Shown: piece by piece, positions 49,101-61,421 of the stretch
Position numbering within the stretch: position 1 is the stretch's first letter
Layout of the letters: each line of letters starts with the position of its first letter
Source: Saccostrea echinata
Taxonomy: Eukaryota
Assembly (NCBI RefSeq): GCF_033153115.1
Contig: NW_026889801.1
Coordinates: 8,804,001-8,868,000, forward strand
Direction: 5' to 3'
DNA: 64,000 nt
Notes under the pieces: generated by a model
What the model was told of the DNA's origin: nothing
The model's database searches: none
The model's input: the letters and a program-made list of their open reading frames with translations, nothing else
Position numbers and translations under genes: made by a program

Positions 49101-52100
49101 TTAATTGTAACTCTTGGGTTACTCACTCTAACCTTTATCATATTTTACCAGATGTAATCATGGCATTAATTATAATCTTATTTTACGTAAAATAGTTTGA
49201 ATAATATTTATTAATAATATTAATATTGGATCTTCGCATATGTAACCACTAGTTCTCATTAACAGATTAACGCCCGTCTCATAATTCAATTCTCCTCTTT
49301 ATCTTGACAAGGAGAGTCTCTAAATTATATAGTTATAACACCTTAAGTACAAAACTGAATCCGATAATTATGTTTGCTGAATAAACATAATAATTATATC
49401 TGCACATGGATAATTATACATTTAATTATGGTATAAGCCTATTTTCAACAATTTAAACATGAAAGTTTTTTTTAGTAACTTTAGAACGTTTTTTTAATAA
49501 AGTCAATATTAACCTTATATATAAATATTTATCTTAAAACATCGTAATATATCGTTATAGACAATGTAGATTAAATTCGGCGCGAAACGTCTTAGCGCGA
49601 AAGGTCTTTGAGGGCGAATGGTCTCGGCGCGAAACATCAAAAGGGGCGATACGTCCCGTTACCTCTGTAATGGTGCAAATATATTTTTTAAATACGGGCG
49701 ACTGCAGGCAAAATAAATTGTTTTTACATTCAACTTACTTCTAAAAAGGCGAAAATTTTATTCACTGTCAACAACATAGCCCGTTAAACGCGAAAACCAG
49801 ATAAAATAAATCTGCTTTTTTACCAGTCGCTCTCATTAGAAGCCATGACAGTTCTCGCGTGATGCACTGAGACTTGCGCTAGAAAATTATAAATTACTTT
49901 GTAAAGTAGATTTTCGGGGTTACTAAATGATTGTGATGTATGGCATCACTAAATATTGATAAATAAAACGATTCCATGTGACATTTTTTCGTAAACAGCG
50001 ATATTTATGCCTAAAATAAGGTAATTCCTACAGAGATCCGCTCCCTAGAGATCCCTAGTCTCATTGGCTGTCCCAAAATAAAATCGATCAAGGTCAGTAA
50101 ACATGGCGGATAAATTCAAGTTGTGATGTTGACATACATGAAAAATAACCGATATATAGATTGTTCTGTGTATGTTTGGATTGATTTATGTTTTGCTTAA
50201 CTACATTTTTGGAGTTCAGGTAAGAAATGTGAATTAAATAGCCATTTACTGATCATTTAAGCCGAAATCCGCACCATTACGGAGATCTTAAGGAGTTGTA
50301 GCCCTCTCTCTCTCCCCCCCCCCCCCCCCCAAAAAAAAAAGGGAGAGGGCTACATTATTGCAGCTACAATTTCAACTGTACATGAGAACAAATGCCAAAT
50401 GTTTTTGGTAATTACTTTTTGTGTCCTATAAGTATGGATTAAATAAAGATTTAAGGTTTGAACACAGAACTTTTTAACTTTTCTTGCTGAATGTAGTTGA
50501 GTATAATTACCATTTTGAATCTGATATCCTTGACACGCCTGTAAAATGAAAAATTTTGGTTTTCCTGCCAGTGACTGGCACTTATCAGCACGAAACAGCG
50601 AGGTCATGCTCGTAATGTTGATGCCTCCACCACAACTCCCAAACACAGCATCTGGCTTTCCATGACTCAAGACGCAGACAACCAAGGCCCCATTATCCTG
50701 ATGGTTCCTATTTCTTACTTCTTCCAGAATTTGCAACATTCCTTCACGGCTCTGGTTGTTATGTACCAGGACATTAAAACCATAACTCTTGAAAAGCCAA
50801 TCTAGTTTGTCTGAAATTATTATGAAATACATGTACATGTATTCATTTGTACAAGATTTATGATATCTCATAATACAAAGGAAAATGGTTAACAAACCAT
50901 GTTAGCAGAATTTTTAGCGAGGATTCAAATTTGGCATAATTAGTGAGGGTTTTGAGATCTCTTAAATTGAATATCGTTAACAATTTATAAAGTATCAGTA
51001 GTTATAGCTATCTTTCTTGACATTATTAAATCGCTAAAATTGCTTCTCGCTAAAAATAAATACCAGTTTTGGGTGATAAATCGCTAATATTGCGTCTGGC
51101 TAAAAATTCCACTTATACATGAACGGTATTAGGCATATCAATAATAGGGCATATCTGTGTGTGAAAATATCCTGCTTGTTGTTGCTTCTACATGTAAATG
51201 CTCTCACCTCTGTCTACTTCTGTTCCTGTACGTGTTTGCATGTTTTCATCTGCAAAGTCCTTGTTATTGATAATGACGCATATCCCTAAAAACACACAAT
51301 TCTTATTCTTATTTCAATCTAAAAGAATGATTTAATTCTAATTGCAAAAATTCTCGTAAATGTTTTATACTTATATTTGGCAGAAATTAATTTTTGAACA
51401 AGTTAGTAAAGATTTAATTTAGCACCTTTCTTAATGTTCTTATTTATGTGCATAAATGTATGCGCAAGACATTTAGTGTTATACTTGAATTAGGGGAATT
51501 TGCTTTCTGCCCAAGGCACAAAAAAGAATACACAGTCAAATGTTATACGTTTACAGTAATCGTAAACATGCATTTCACAAGACTAGCTTTATAACCTGGA
51601 TGGCGTCCTCTGTCGTAAGCTCCCAGTCTTGAAGATCCTAAGGTGGAGAATCCACTTGGAGAACCATCTGGACTCAATGTTGTTTGTGGATTTTCACTGC
51701 CTTCCATTTCATTTGGTAGATCATTCTTATCAGCAATGTCTTCCTCACCAACCTCCTGTACAGGGATTTTATCTGGGGTACACCCTGTAGCTCCTTCATT
51801 TACAATACCTGTAACAAGAAAAACATGTATGTACATTGCAGAGACTAATGATCAGTATTGTACCATGTTCGGCTTCTAACCACATTACCAGTGACTGATA
51901 CATAAATTTTTATGTACATAATTAATAGGAGGAATGCATACTATTTTCATGATTTTTTGGGGGTGGGGTGGGGGTATGGGGTTAAAATATGAATTTAGAT
52001 TGTTCAACAATTTTAAAGGTCATATGAATTGAGATTGTTCAACAATTTTAAAGGTTTTCATCTTTCAATAGAATGGCAAGTAAATTATACAGCTATAATC

Positions 52101-54649
52101 TACAAATGTATAAACCAAGGAAATGTTTCTACCTTTGTTAAAGTCATCCAAAATTGTTTGTACTTCTTCATCTTTATAAACAGTTTTCAGACAGTGAAAA
52201 AGTTCACTGTCTGAAACTTTTTCCTCCAGCAAATCTAAAGCATCCCAAACATCTGTCACATGATCTAATGCTCTCTTCCCAACTCCAAACCTTGATAACT
52301 GCTCCTTTAGTTTTTGGAATTCAACCTTTCCCGTTTCTTCACCAACTTTAAAAAGCAGCATTCTAGAATAAGGAAGACAGTTGTTAAAATTATCAATTCT
52401 ATTTCTAAAAAAAATGAACAATACATAATTTATGCTATAATCTTACAAAAGCAACTACAATGATCAAGGAATATTAAGGACGCAGAAATGTATGACTGTG
52501 CAGTGGGGGGAGGGGGGGGGGTGTTGTCAGGATTTTCAGTTTCTGTTGGAAGGGTGGGGGCACAAACTTAATTAAATATTCTTTATTGCATAATACACCC
52601 ATATGGGTCAAGCAATACAATTCATAATAAGAAAAAAAACAAAGAACACTTAATGTATATATACAATAGGCGCAATTTAAGTAATTTACTTTTATTATAT
52701 GTTACACCAATGTGGACCTTTTATTTCTTAATTCTAATGATTGTTTTATAAAAGTGAAAACAGCCGTTATAACTTCAATTGTTGGGCTAAGTATATATTC
52801 AAGTTTCTGTATGGGTGATTTGAGATAGAATGAGGAACAATTTTCTCGCATAATCACCAGTGTGAGATTGACTTGTCCGGTGTGAGACAGCAGTGTGAGA
52901 TTTTTCTGTCTTACACTGTGTATTACTAACGTAAACATTCCGTCTTTATATAAAGAAATTGTAACAATGTTAAAAAAATATTACATATACTTAAAATGTT
53001 GTCATTTAACTTATTAAGATAAACTTATTTTCATTCAAAATATTGTCGTATTTTCACTTTTTAAATGGCACTATTTTTAGATCGCGGAAGGATTCTTCTT
53101 GAATGAATGTGTACGCTATCGGATAGATAAGTTTTTTTATTCCCAGTTTTTATCTATCTAATTAATTTACATGGACTGAAATTCATTTTATCAGTTTACA
53201 CTATGTGTAAACCATTTTCAGGTACGCTCTCTCAGATGGTGTATTTAGATTTTTAATTAGATGGAAAATTAAAAGAATATATTTTTAGCCCTATTATGGC
53301 GACATCATTGAAGGCCGTTATTTTTGGATAAAATAATGCGAGAAAAATAATCATTCATTACATACTCGTGTGGGAATAGTGAAATTCCACCTCGGGGCCA
53401 AGTTTCACGGTCTAGGACTCGGCAAAGCCTCGTCCTAGACCGTGAATCTTGTCCCCTTGGTGGAATTTCACTATCCCACACTCGTAGTAATGAATGATTC
53501 TATTAATCTAACATGGTTTTTATAAGTATATTCCTTGCTTGTATATTCAAATTACATTGTAAAAAGAAATGAAATTCATCATCAATAGCATTACATGAAG
53601 TGCATAATCTTTGTTGTCGAGGTATTTTCTTATGTCTACCAGTTTCAATCAGTAGGCAGTGGTCACTTATTCGAAACTTGGTTAGTAATTGTCTATTCTT
53701 GAAAAAATTTTCAAGCATAAGATATTCTTCCATATTAAGATTGTGTTTTATTTTACTGTACAAATACAGTTTGGAGTTAATGACAACAGAAACTCACAAT
53801 ACAATAAATGAGTTTTAATACACGTTTTATAAACTCGTTTTTGCGAGGACGTACTGATGATGCCCCCACCCCCTTCTATAGGTGCATGTTGCGTGTACGT
53901 GTGCGCATAAGTGCATGTTCCTTGCTAACCATGCGACCATGGAATTAATACATGCATATAAATTTTATAGTGTTAATCTGTACGTGTATACGGCGTATAG
54001 CGATGTAAATGATTATATGTCCTCATAAATATCAGCTGTATCATGATCAGTACAAAAGATGGAAATTTTTTTTTTTGATAAACGTAAAAATTACCTTGAT
54101 ACGTATACGTACCTAAGTACAAGTCAATGTGTTGGCCTTTACCTTCAAAATATTACATCATTCCTACTTTTTAAATGACCGAAATAACAAGACAAATATA
54201 GTCATAAACGATTAAAACTAAACAATGTAGTGTACTTTCGTTTTCGTATTTCCTGGTATTTTTTTAAACATGTTTAAGCGATAAAAATAAGTTGGGTTTT
54301 CCCATGAACAGCTGATGAATCACCTTTTTTCTAATAATAAATTTCTATTGGAAGTATCAGCTGCAACCACGCTGAGATGATTTCGACCTCCGTTTAATAT
54401 TCTAACAATATCGTTTCTCTGCATCAGTGTAAATGCATCCAATAAAAACGAGAAGTCCCCGCCCTTGCACTGGATCACCATTTTCTCTTCTAGTGCTAAA
54501 AATAATTCCAGGCTGTTCTTCATTTCTTGTCTCTTTCTGTTGCTGATGAAGTCTTTGGAGAGAAAAGACAGACTTCTAAAATCTTCCCTTCCTATCTTCT
54601 CTCCAATTTCTGCTAAGACACAGCGTTCGCCAACACACTCATCCATCAT
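34172..54649 (-). CDS. CASP8: Caspase-8-like initiator caspase (2 DED + p20/p10), 565 aa, 7 coding exons
   Basis: Exons 54649-54324 (DED1), 52362-52133 (DED2), 51808-51596, 51285-51208 (GICVIINNKDF..RTGTEVD), 50810-50511 (VLSHG; KPKFFILQACQG), 48020-47624 (linker; ADFLIAHSTMSGYMSMR..GSFFVQSL) and 34325-34172 (EDVVSILTEVNKEVS..QMPEPKLRLTKKFYL..stop). All GT-AG and phase-consistent, 1698 nt. Orthology versus a lineage-specific paralog is not established. Confidence 0.9.
36573..36916 (+). mobile_element. Full-length young tRNA-derived SINE (Meta + Deu/Nin domains; BivaMD-like)
   Basis: A box TAGCTCAGTCGG, B box GAGTTCGAATC, Meta-like GTCGTTAAAAAATGGGTAGCAACTGTTCCTTCGCC..CTCGGCA, Deu-like GGATGAGAC..AAACCGAGGCCCC..TAAAGATCCC, (CAAT)n tail, 11-bp TSD CATAAAAAAGG (36562-36572; 36917-36927). 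Confidence 0.9.
37739..38105. repeat. Left subterminal array, 22-bp unit GTGATATCAC-CTATTCGAATAG
   Basis: About 16 tandem units; each half is a perfect palindrome. Confidence 0.95.
38293..39346. mobile_element. Nested non-autonomous TIR element with 28-bp perfect TIR and 5-bp TSD TTTAT
   Basis: CAGTCTAGACGAACTCCAAAAACAGCGT at 38293-38320 and its reverse complement at 39319-39346; TTTAT on both flanks. Confidence 0.85.
39963..40068. mobile_element. 106-bp perfect hairpin MITE with 8-bp TSD (P-element-type CAT..ATG ends)
   Basis: 51-bp perfect arms, 4-nt loop AAAG; GCACCTTG at 39955-39962 and 40069-40076. Confidence 0.9.
40300..40625 (+). mobile_element. Short Helentron-associated element nested in the CAGG..CCTG element
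   Basis: T-run followed by AGCTCTTCAGAGCCAAAGGCCCAAAGAGCT hairpin, short TGCG repeats and a degenerate satellite unit. Confidence 0.5.
41435..43327. mobile_element. Nested Zator/Harbinger-type non-autonomous element with TTA TSD
   Basis: TTA|GGCCAAATAAAAAATATGTGTGGTTCC ... GGAACCACACATATTTTTTTGTTTGGTC|TTA. Confidence 0.75.
46693..47152. repeat. Right subterminal array of the same 22-bp double-palindrome unit
   Basis: About 20 tandem units ending in the 34-bp TIR. Confidence 0.95.
48228..50366. mobile_element. Academ-type non-autonomous transposon (TAG..CTA ends, 3-bp TSD CAA)
   Basis: TAGCTGCAATAATGTAGCCCTCTCC pairs with GGAGAGGGCTACATTATTGCAGCTA; CAA at 48225-48227 and 50367-50369; an inner inverted segment GAGGGCTACAA..TAATGGTGC is also paired. 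Confidence 0.8.
48365..49663. mobile_element. MULE/Mutator-type non-autonomous element with 9-10-bp TSD
   Basis: Ends carry short tandem TTCGCGC/GCGCGAA repeats in inverted orientation (CGGGACG..CGTCCCG); (C)TCTGTAATG at 48356-48364 and 49664-49672. Confidence 0.8.
53346..53504. mobile_element. Palindromic MITE-like element, about 160 bp
   Basis: AATCATTCATTAC..ATAGTGAAATTCCACC..TTCACGGTCTAGGAC is mirrored around a central CTCGGCAAAGCCTC. Confidence 0.75.
53503..53770 (-). mobile_element. Non-LTR retrotransposon ORF2 C-terminal fragment
   Basis: KFRISDHCLLIETGRH..RQQRLCTSC..IDDEFHFFLQC is the Cys/His motif seen downstream of RT in invertebrate LINEs. It lies in caspase intron 1. Confidence 0.75.
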
Positions 54650-56692
54650 GCACCTATCACGGTCGATTGTGATTTGTACGATGTGTGATGTAAACAACAT
54701 TAGGCTATACAGTTTATTTCAGTCTGTTGTGCAATACTTGAAACGGAAGCAAATTTAGAACAAGTTGATGGGGTTTGTTCCGGAAATGTAAAAAGATATT
54801 GAGTTTTTTTTTTTTTACATATCAGTATATTGCATTAATATTGAAGTTTTTTAAAAATATAAATATTGATACCTATTCCATCGGGAGCAAGCCCCTATTC
54901 ATGTAGCTGTGATCGATATAGAGAGAGGGGATTTGGGGACAGAGATCTCATCAGGGAAGTGTATGCTATTAATAAATTTAATATGTTAGTATGAATATAT
55001 CCCTATAATCTCTTAAAATCACGGGCGTAGTTAGTATGTATAGGTCCCTGATAAAATCAATGAAAATTGTACATAATCTCTGCATGTGTAAATAGTTATT
55101 GATGATGAGGAATTTCAACTCCTTTAAATATAGTATATATTTAACTACAACACCAGCATATATCATGTATATATTATGTATATCTTACATATGCCCATGT
55201 ACTTGTACGTACTTACTATATTTTGTTCCAACTTGAAAAAAAGGTATTTGAAATCTTAATTGTGAAAAGTGCTAGAAACGTTAAAAATTCAAATTAAAAA
55301 AATGAGTCTGAAGTTTCCCACATTACCTTAATTTGATCTTTTTTTTTCTTTTGCAAGAAACCGTCCCAGTATGTTGTAGCCCTCCCCCCCCCCCCCCCCC
55401 GGCCACTTTTAATGGGAAAAAATCCTTTACCAGCTGCGATAAATATTAGATAAAACTGATTAAAATTACTTATATTTCATTTGGCTAAAAGATTCTGGAA
55501 GGGAGTTCCAGAGATTAGTCCATAAATGTTGCTTTTTGTAAGATAACAGGTTTTGTGAATGAAAGTAAGGCCTAATACACATGTTTGTTCGTGAATACAA
55601 CATTGAATTCGAACGCATTCTTCCGCAAGTGTCTTTATAGAAAAAAACTGTTTTGATTTTATACTGGAGGAGTTTTTGTTTTTTGTAATTATTGCTGACG
55701 AACCGTAATACTCTATCCTGATTTTTGTTCCGTTTCGCTTGTGTCTCATTCGATCGCCATAGAAGCAATATACAAAATATTGAAATCTTATAACTATTAT
55801 TAGACAGAACAAAGTATGATTATTAATTTGCCTATAACCTTATTAGATGAACTCAGTTCTTTTAAATTTGGTTGCAGTGGCATGATTTTCTCCACACTTA
55901 CAACGCAGATTTCAGATTGTAAAATGTCAAACTGGCAAAGGACAGAAAGTTTTGACCGTTATAAAGTGTGCGTTGTCAATAGAAACTGGGCACGTATATA
56001 CAGATTATTATAAGCTGATTTAGGCCATCGTTGAAAAACTGTCCTAGGAGCTTGTGATGAATTTTAATAAATAAAATTTGTTACCATTTCAATATCATAT
56101 CTCTACACTTCATTTTGTTAATTAATATCTACACGAGTTTATAAAAATACCAATAAATCATTACAATTTTCAATTCTAATTCTTGATGCAACTATTAATT
56201 GATCTTTTCATATTTGGATTCTGGGGTGAGACATCTGAGTTCAATGAAATCGTCGTAGCAGTGAAACACAGCCTCCAGACCTTGCAATGGACATCAATTT
56301 TAATCTTAAAAAGTGAAGTCCCAAACGTATATATATATATGTAGTTTCACTTTAATTTATCAAACATTAATACAACCACTGTAATTCATGAGATCCAATT
56401 AATTCATTAATTTTATAATAATTATAATAACGTCAAAGCGGCCAGTCTACTTCTTAGCATGTAGGTATAAAAATGGGACAAAGCTATGCACCTTTCAAGT
56501 CTTCAGGCAAACCAAAATAATTCCATATAAAGTTATAATATAACAAATCACTTCTCCGTAGAAACTCAGTTTATTAACAAAATGGAAAATGTTATTAAGC
56601 ACTGCTAAGGCGGAATTTCCCAATTTCAAAACGCATTTATAATTATTCTCAAAGAGTATCACAGTTATCATTCCGAACGTTTTATAATACTC

Positions 56693-59225
56693 TCAGTCAA
56701 ACTTAACCCGCACTGTTCCCTTGATCTCCTTTCTGCACATGGGGCACTTTCTGAGTGCAGGGGAGCACTGGCCACAACTGACCAAGTGACCACAAGGAAG
56801 AAAAACAATGGAGACTTTCTCTATACAACACATTTTGCATAGTGTTCGTTCTCTTAAGTCTTCGTTTCTTTCTTTGAGCCTTTCCATATCTGATAAAAAA
56901 AAAAACAGCGTGCTTGGTATACTTTACACGTACTTATCACAAACAGCGATATAAAATTATGTCTCTGTCACAAATTAATTTTGGTAATTCTCAAGGAAAG
57001 TCATTCTAAACAAAACATACCTCCTGTAAGACATCCGTTTCCTGTTTCCGGTTCCTGGCTATTGGATGAGTCGGAGTCTGCGCTGTCCTGTTCTATCTCT
57101 GTCAGAACGTCAACAATATCCTCTGCCGTCATTGTCTGCCATGCTGAAAGAGAAACACTGTCACATGAAGCAATTGTGATTTCACATTTGAACGAAAGCT
57201 TAGATTTTACAACAATATTCCTTTTTTTTTTTCATGGACAGGTCCAGCATGTGGACGTCCGGATACCAGTCAGGATTTACAATGATATTATCATAGAAAA
57301 TAATCTGAAAATGACTTTGGGATACCCTATTCAGCCAAATTGGACCCGTCCTAAAGTCTGAGGAAAAAGATTAGGTATACGAATTGAAGTCCACACCTCT
57401 TAAAACTGAAATATGTTAATCAAATTTAACTGTTTCCCATTTAGTCACTAGAATTTAGTTGTTTATCTATGCATTAAAGAGCTTTAACCTAAAAACTGGG
57501 AAACAGAAAAATTCAATCAGAATCAAGAGATCTTACTTTTCGTTTGAAGAACAACATCTATTGCTCGTTTGACTTGTTTGGGTAGGAATCCCATGTTTAG
57601 CACGGCTTGGGCAGCATCCGTTAATAGTGGATTTTTCTCCAATGTTTTCTCGGGGTATTCCTCAGCAGTCTTAGGGTTACTGGGTTTGACATCTGTGAAA
57701 TGTATCAAGTCGGGTTTTTAAATATATAAATTTTTTTTTCAAAATCAAAATTTCATTATAATAAGCTTTTATAAGCTCAGCTATACGTATATTTAATGAA
57801 TATGAAATTTTACGTTTTATAATGAGCTATACATGTACCTGAAACGTCTTCTGCAACTCTGGAGGGTATTGCAAGTGGTACATTCGGTTGATTTATTATC
57901 TGTTACAAAAACAAAACACAATATTTTCATAATATTCCTTAGCCTATAAGTATAACTGTGTTTGTTCGACATAATTGTCTTTGCTGCATGATTTGTAAAT
58001 TCAAAATGAACAAAATTCTATATGCACGAACCTTACATTATTTGAGATTATATATATATATATGTAATATTGATACCCACCTCTTGCTCCTGTTCTCTCT
58101 CCTGCACAGCACGTTCTACGTCATCCAAGAATTGAGGATTCCTCATCAGTCGTACGTAAGCACATCTAGGAGACCATCGCGCATGCTCGACCCAGGGGTC
58201 ATCTTCTGCCGCCCAATTGCGGACCCCAATTCCACAACAAAAGCAGCGAACCCAATCACTGAATGCTGAAATTGAAAAAAAATATGATAACAGGAGACCA
58301 AAATTTTTAAAATAAAGTTTATATGATGACACCTGAATTTCAAATATTGGTGATCTGAAGAAGAAAACCTCATTACAGGAAGCAAAAGGACAACAAAGTT
58401 GGTGACTTGAACACGAATTTTGAAAGCCCACTTACAAGTATAGAAAAATCCAGCATTAGCCATTTGGTGACTGGTTTGGGTCAAATGAGCGGGCCAATGC
58501 TTGAAAGAGTCTAGTCGGCTTTGTTCGTCGGCATATTCTGGATATTTGCACTCTGTGCCTAAAGAACCAGAGGGTACATTTGCACCTAAAGACACATTGA
58601 ACCCTGACGACACATTAAAGCCTGGAGACACATTAAAGTCTTCTCTGAGTTCTGAAAGTTTTGAAGCAATAAGACTAGGAGTCCGTTGAGGGGTGATGGG
58701 GATCCGACATGGGGTAATAGGAATCTGTTGTGGGGTGTTAGGGGTCCATTGTGGGGGCTTGTAATCGGCAAATAACATATTGTCACTAACAGAATCAGTT
58801 TCTGACAGGGATGCAAGAGAACATGATTCTGAAGAAGGTCTGCTACAAGGATTCGATGAAATTGATGATAAAAAATCCGTGGAAATTGATGACAAATGTG
58901 AGGAAGTCGATGACACAACTGATGAAGTTTGAGTTTCTCCGTCATGTTCTAAATCGTCTTCACAAATTGATAAGTCTGATGTAAAAATTGATGACAGATG
59001 ACTGCTCGTTTCATCATCGCCTCTAGATGACGCACTATAGCGACTGATATTCGAATCTAGTCTGAGTGCGAAATATTCGGAATTGGACCGACAGTCATCG
59101 TCTTCTGACACTTGCACTGCCGTTCCCTCACTGAGAGATTGGGGTTCAGGGACCTGGAAGGCCGGGGGAGGGACCGAGACCTGCTGAGGGCGGGACCTCA
59201 TCCCCGTATTATCTTTACGATCCAT
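56693..59225 (-). CDS. Inhibitor of apoptosis protein (BIRC7/IAP-like): Ser-rich N-terminus, single BIR, UBA-like, C-terminal RING; 503 aa, 6 coding exons
   Basis: Exons 59225-58436, 58265-58081, 57899-57839, 57692-57537, 57143-57021 and 56889-56693 are GT-AG and phase-consistent (1512 nt). BIR: RLDSFKHWP..MANAGFFYT..VRCFCC-x16-H-x6-C. UBA-like: AVLNMGF..VKRAI. RING: CKMC..FLPCGHLVSCGQC..CPMCR. Confidence 0.93.
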
Positions 59226-59413
59226 TAAAATCTACAAAAAGTATGATATATTAAACATAGGGCTGTGTATCCTCCGAATATACATGTATCATGATATAAT
59301 TTACCTCTGGCTTTTACATGCGAATTGGTTAGAAAAAAAAATATTTAAAAAAGTCTATATACGATATTTTTATATCGTATAATCTATGTCACAATGACAC
59401 GTCAAAAAAATTT

Positions 59414-59416
<3 letters not shown>

Positions 59417-59487
<71 letters not shown>
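59417..59487. repeat. (TA)n microsatellite
   Basis: About 35 units in the IAP 5' intron. Confidence 0.95.
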
Positions 59488-59490
<3 letters not shown>

Positions 59491-60812
59491 TTAAAATTTG
59501 TATAATTTTAAGGCAATTTTGAAGGTATTTTTATAGAAAGTTTCACTGTATACATGATATAAGAAATGTTTTAATAGCTACATAAGACGTATAACTTAGG
59601 TAGCTTTAAATTCATTCTTAAATTTTTTTTTCTTCTACTTTGTTGTTTTTAAGGAAGGAAACTATATTATAGAATATTATTTTTTCATAAAATTATATCC
59701 AATAATTTTTCGTAGATTCCAAAACCAAGATTGTAACAAAATAAAGATTAATCTTTCTAACTTACTAATTTGACTTACAACAACGTTAACATGCTCTTAT
59801 TTAATTATGAAAACATGAAGATTTATATATAAATCGGGAATGTTATCAAAAAACATCGATAGGACTTGAATATCAAGTGATGTATCAAATCGACCCCCTC
59901 TGCATCACGAAACACCGATTTATTGGTGCAATGCTACACTACATAGACTCGATCTACACAAAAACGCATATATATCATATAGATTACAATCGCCTTGCAT
60001 TCATTATGAAGTGACATTTTAAACCAAAATAATAATAATACTAATACGGATTTTATATCATGTGTAAATTAAAAAAAGTATCAATATGCCAATTTATTTT
60101 GCATTTCTTTTAAAAATGTCTTAGTACGTTAAGCCGGTATGTGCCTCAGGTTTCTTCGATTTTTGTTAGACAATAACTTGTATATATGTATCGTTCTTTG
60201 CAAACATGCATACAATGGTTACCAGTAAAAAATTTAATAACAATAACTTTGTCGGCTGTATGAAATTTCATCAAAAAGATCTACAAAGTGGAATTACCTA
60301 AAACCCACACAAAAATGTATGGATTTTTCTTCCTTAAAAATTCAGGGCTTGAATTAATTTTGAATAACGAACAAAAATATCACTGCAGCAGTCATAATAA
60401 TTCTGACTGGTAGCAAGATTCAGTTTCACTGATTAGGAAATAATATTAATGAGCTTTAATTATATCACATAATTAAATTCCTTTTAAATAACATTACTTA
60501 CTCATAGGGAATTATTGTAATTTCGATGCAGCCGTAAGCCTTAACATAAATGATGGCAAAAATTAAATTCAACTTTTTAAACCAGTTTATACAACACTTC
60601 TCTTAATATGGAACTAGATTTACTAACGAACATAATGTTGGCAAAATTGTAGAAAGTTCTACAAGTTCATTTAGTACAATGAGAATGTGTACACAAACGT
60701 AGATCGATTTTAAAGGATTCTAAATCTCACAATTTAAAATTTATTAAGCAGTTCATTTTCAGAAATATATAATTATTTACCAATTAAATAAAAACATAGT
60801 CTGTATACTTAC

Positions 60813-60900
60813 CGATTCTTTCGTTGCTTCGTGTACAATACTTTGGTGCTAACGATAAACAATTCTAAATAGGACGCATTACGGTGTTTCTAAAAATAGC
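60813..60900 (-). other. Possible 5' non-coding exon of the IAP gene
   Basis: Consensus donor CG|GTAAGT on the minus strand at about 60812; acceptor TTTTTGTAG a few bases upstream of the ATG at 59225. Confidence 0.4.
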
Positions 60901-61375
60901 TTCGGGTTTTTACGGTACTTACCTATTCGTCCTACATATTTCAGATGAACTGCCTGATAACAGTGATGATGAGACCGAAAATGCTTAACGTTTTCTTCAA
61001 TAAAATCTATATTTTATATGGCATCAATATTCAGTGTTCAAGAACATGAAATCTTACATACAATGTAACAAAAACAAGTTAAAAATAACATTTTGCTATA
61101 AATAGTTTCGTGTATTTTCCAGTGAGTTAAATATACATTTATAGTTTTTCAGAAATAGTCACGTAGTAAACTTAAGATATTAAAAATCATTCATATAAGC
61201 TGACGGATCACATTAGCAATTTTTAAATGGGATTGGAGTGTTGGGTATGTTTTACATGTGCGAATGAGGCCCGAAGGAAGCAACTTTAGTTTCGTAAGGG
61301 GGGGGGGGGGGGGTGGGCAAAACCCAAAAATAAACAAATATGCTAGGAAAATTATTGGGCTTGGGGTAAAAAGCT

Positions 61376-61421
61376 GAGTGGAGTGGAGTGGAGTGGAGTC
61401 TTGTGGAGTCATGGAGTGGAG
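61376..61421. repeat. (GAGTG)n pentanucleotide repeat
   Basis: Direct reading. Confidence 0.8.

Larger units (their letters stand above)
48048..50378. mobile_element. Tc1/mariner-type MITE (TA TSD) split by nested insertions
   Basis: TA|CAGTCAAACC.. at 48048 resembles the 15369 MITE. Its last bases ..TTCAACTG|TA reappear at 50370-50380 after the Academ-type insertion. Confidence 0.65.

Noticed and set aside
58146-58435. C-terminal part of the 359-aa ORF 58146-59225
   Set aside because: Read-through into an intron; the BIR is completed only by splicing 58436 to 58265.
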